A stretch of DNA of 64,000 nt from Paraphysomonas bandaiensis (Eukaryota > Protista > Chrysophyceae): the NCBI GenBank assembly GCA_965644295.1, contig CBFFRP010000426.1, positions 62,001 to 126,000 on the forward strand, read 5' to 3'. The notes under the pieces are model-generated. The model saw only the letters and a program-made list of their open reading frames with translations, ran no database searches and had not been told where the DNA came from. The position numbers and the translations under genes are program-made. Shown piece after piece: positions 62,701-64,000 of this stretch. The first letter of the stretch is position 1. Each line of letters begins with the position of its first letter.

Positions 62701-64000
62701 TATCCGGGATGTCCTGGAGGAATACAAGGAGATATTCCGACTAGAAATTCGTAAGGGGGAACCAGCCAAGCTGGAGCCGTTTGAGTTGGAAGTCCGGAAC
62801 CCGTCTGAAACGTGGTTTATACCGGCAAATAAGTTGCCTCCCAGGAGGTTAGACAGGAGTCGCCAGCGCGAGCTCCAACGTTTGGTGGATAAGCTAGAGA
62901 GGTTAGGAGCAATCCAACCTAGCACAGCCACGCATTACAGTCATCCCTTTGTGGTGCCGAAGCCAGGTAATAAATGGCGGTTGGTATTGGACTATAAAAA
63001 TTTAAATCGGGTCACGACTTCAGAAAGCTGGCCAATTCCTAATATCAGAGATATGATCTATAGGATTGGTGAGAAGCGTCCTAAATTCTTTGTGGTGATG
63101 GACCTCACGTCTGGATATCATCAGGCGCCAGTAGGCAAACGATCCCGTACTTGGATTGCCTTTATTACTCAAAACGGGGTGTACGAGTGGCTCCGGCTCC
63201 CCATGGGTTTGAAAGGCGCTCCATCTTATTTCCAGCGGCAAATGCAAAGTCTAGTGCTGGCGGGTCTGGTTTATAAGATTTGTGAAATTTATCTTGATGA
63301 TTGCATTATTTTTGCTAGCTCAGAGGAAGAGCTCATTGAGAACTTAACTGCCGTATTGGCAAGGTTTAAGAAATTTGGTCTGACAGTGAATCCTAAGAAG
63401 TGTGTCTTTGGGGTGTCGGAAGTAGAGGCCGTTGGCCATAAGATAAATGAGTGGGGTCATACCTTCACGAGGGAACGGGTGGATAGTATTGTAGCCATCC
63501 CGAAGCCAAATACCCAAAAGCAGTTAAAGCATTTTATGGGAGTGGCAAATTTTGTAAGAGATTGTGTTCGCGATTATGCGCTTATAGCGAAACCTTTGCA
63601 TGCGATGTTGGGGAATTATACAAAGGCTCAGGCGCGTCGAAGAGTGCTAGACTGGTCAGAGGAGGCCACGGGAGCATTCGATGCGCTCAAGGAGCGAATT
63701 CATGAGTGTCCTTTATTATTTTTTATGGATGATGTTTCCCCCATCTATCTATATACTGATGCATCAATAATAGGGATTGGAGCTCATTTAGTGCAAATCG
63801 TGGAGGGTCACGAGCGCACGATTGGGATGATTAGTAAGGCGTTCGACTCCACCTTGGCAAAATGGCATACCTGTGAGCAGGAAGGATTTGCCATATTCTA
63901 TGCCTTGAATAAGTGGGAATACTTGTTGAGAGATCGACGTTTTATTGTTCGAACGGATCACGACAACTTACGCCAGCTTAAGCAAGAATACGGTCATCTA
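59701..64000 (+). mobile_element. Ty3/gypsy LTR retrotransposon, runs off the right edge
   Basis: Putative LTR TGTGGC...GCTACA (59701-59907) followed by a single gag-pol ORF. Confidence 0.93.
59930..64000 (+). CDS. gypsy Gag-PR-RT-RH polyprotein, partial
   Basis: Manual translation from ATG 59930: LLDTGAS, WRLVLDYKNLN, DLTSGYHQ, PMGLKGAP, YLDD, TDAS, TDH. Confidence 0.93.
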   Translation, partial: MSKRVRKSRRVVEKEVEGVPVEPRPSSVVEGEEAEASDRELPSDVGDEPAREQDMVPMEEEESVAPEEDSGAEEVSSALSVEGRVDTEELVLSGSSSEETPKDENEKALAVWEENSRKRRKREVKRLVAQRKQEFIEECARKEKEASKRSWSEESCDWGSSRQNESPYESERGRRRSRERSRPRDRSGSRNRRGRSHRGRGDRSRSREYKRSRHSVDSDREKSRRYSKSERESDSVIAAMQRQIEQLSALIGTQQQGEWSAREPPPLQRGPSGLGGDSSSSSSTLLVTSNDVPLLSSLSEEAVESYIEKSRQYSLKSGGRQVDRSLISARTAAMLDFLRDDVNGKAGDWRDPEVLSAEDFFSFLRKIVKDQGHVEVVEPFQRIREWARKSRTLQSMKDVRMWGGDLKLLLEKESGQGTIEENKAWIEEFKRSLRIDLPYDDQARRKRFFTEKVQPVFENLPADKRTLLGYVSAVHKAVASIRDSWELVKPFDIFVTRHWAREAADSLSETDTRGRKGPDQRDGKRNRSRSPPKNSQRASNDVARKGKKSRERFQEPDWPRVADSERCNVCGRLEVWHRGKKPCPLTQAKGANNDPKVKWRDSAVAKDILARTGYHTLPTGGWSITQSGSYGRNSKGESCELDADVMAIMALKSLSSLPFIEVMVCNEQGEERMCKALLDTGASANFISKDVVQWLIESDSVPIPVIKNIAGGFKSAIALCRRGVPFDVKILTEAKEPPGLQARITAWELDLNFDIILGVQTVRELDLVVHCPNAFMSADSARRVANVVGNSAVPHARERDDQSGGAVSLGLGVHASYPCGGERASVRLPLRKNYDLGVKSELAPLEIGISDSGEDWSYPVDEQLLSLGVEDPSNFSTRSAWDRENMKEIRDDQLESIDSDYLSAEKDPQVLPDKIFGSPSLQSRIRDVLEEYKEIFRLEIRKGEPAKLEPFELEVRNPSETWFIPANKLPPRRLDRSRQRELQRLVDKLERLGAIQPSTATHYSHPFVVPKPGNKWRLVLDYKNLNRVTTSESWPIPNIRDMIYRIGEKRPKFFVVMDLTSGYHQAPVGKRSRTWIAFITQNGVYEWLRLPMGLKGAPSYFQRQMQSLVLAGLVYKICEIYLDDCIIFASSEEELIENLTAVLARFKKFGLTVNPKKCVFGVSEVEAVGHKINEWGHTFTRERVDSIVAIPKPNTQKQLKHFMGVANFVRDCVRDYALIAKPLHAMLGNYTKAQARRRVLDWSEEATGAFDALKERIHECPLLFFMDDVSPIYLYTDASIIGIGAHLVQIVEGHERTIGMISKAFDSTLAKWHTCEQEGFAIFYALNKWEYLLRDRRFIVRTDHDNLRQLKQEYGHL

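Overview
Eukaryotic nuclear DNA. A flagellated stramenopile, possibly chrysophyte-like, is inferred from gene and TE content and the ~45-55 nt introns. Host genes: two paralogous Cys-rich repeat genes, a 5'-truncated VIT1/CCC1, V-ATPase subunit D, a B9D2-like gene, a 40-aa helical-repeat protein, DUF1279/FAM210-like, a large IQ/TPR/LRR-type protein, MnmE/GTPBP3, an RRM-Gly-rich-CCCH protein, POLD1 and an unlisted 4-exon NDUFA2-like gene. They are interleaved with long (TATG)n arrays, a palindromic ~118-bp satellite, hAT/MITE elements and four LTR retrotransposons. The standout is an intact copia (CoDi-like) element at 34162-39135. It has CG...CG LTR termini, an apparent D,D,D integrase and no tRNA primer-binding site. 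Instead it has a perfect 16-nt complement between its LTR and the PBS position, in the geometry of Tf1-type self-priming. It sits in a promoter-proximal (TATG)n array, and a diverged relative at 22.6-23.5 kb keeps the same complementarity. A gypsy element and a hAT MITE also sit in (TATG)n arrays.
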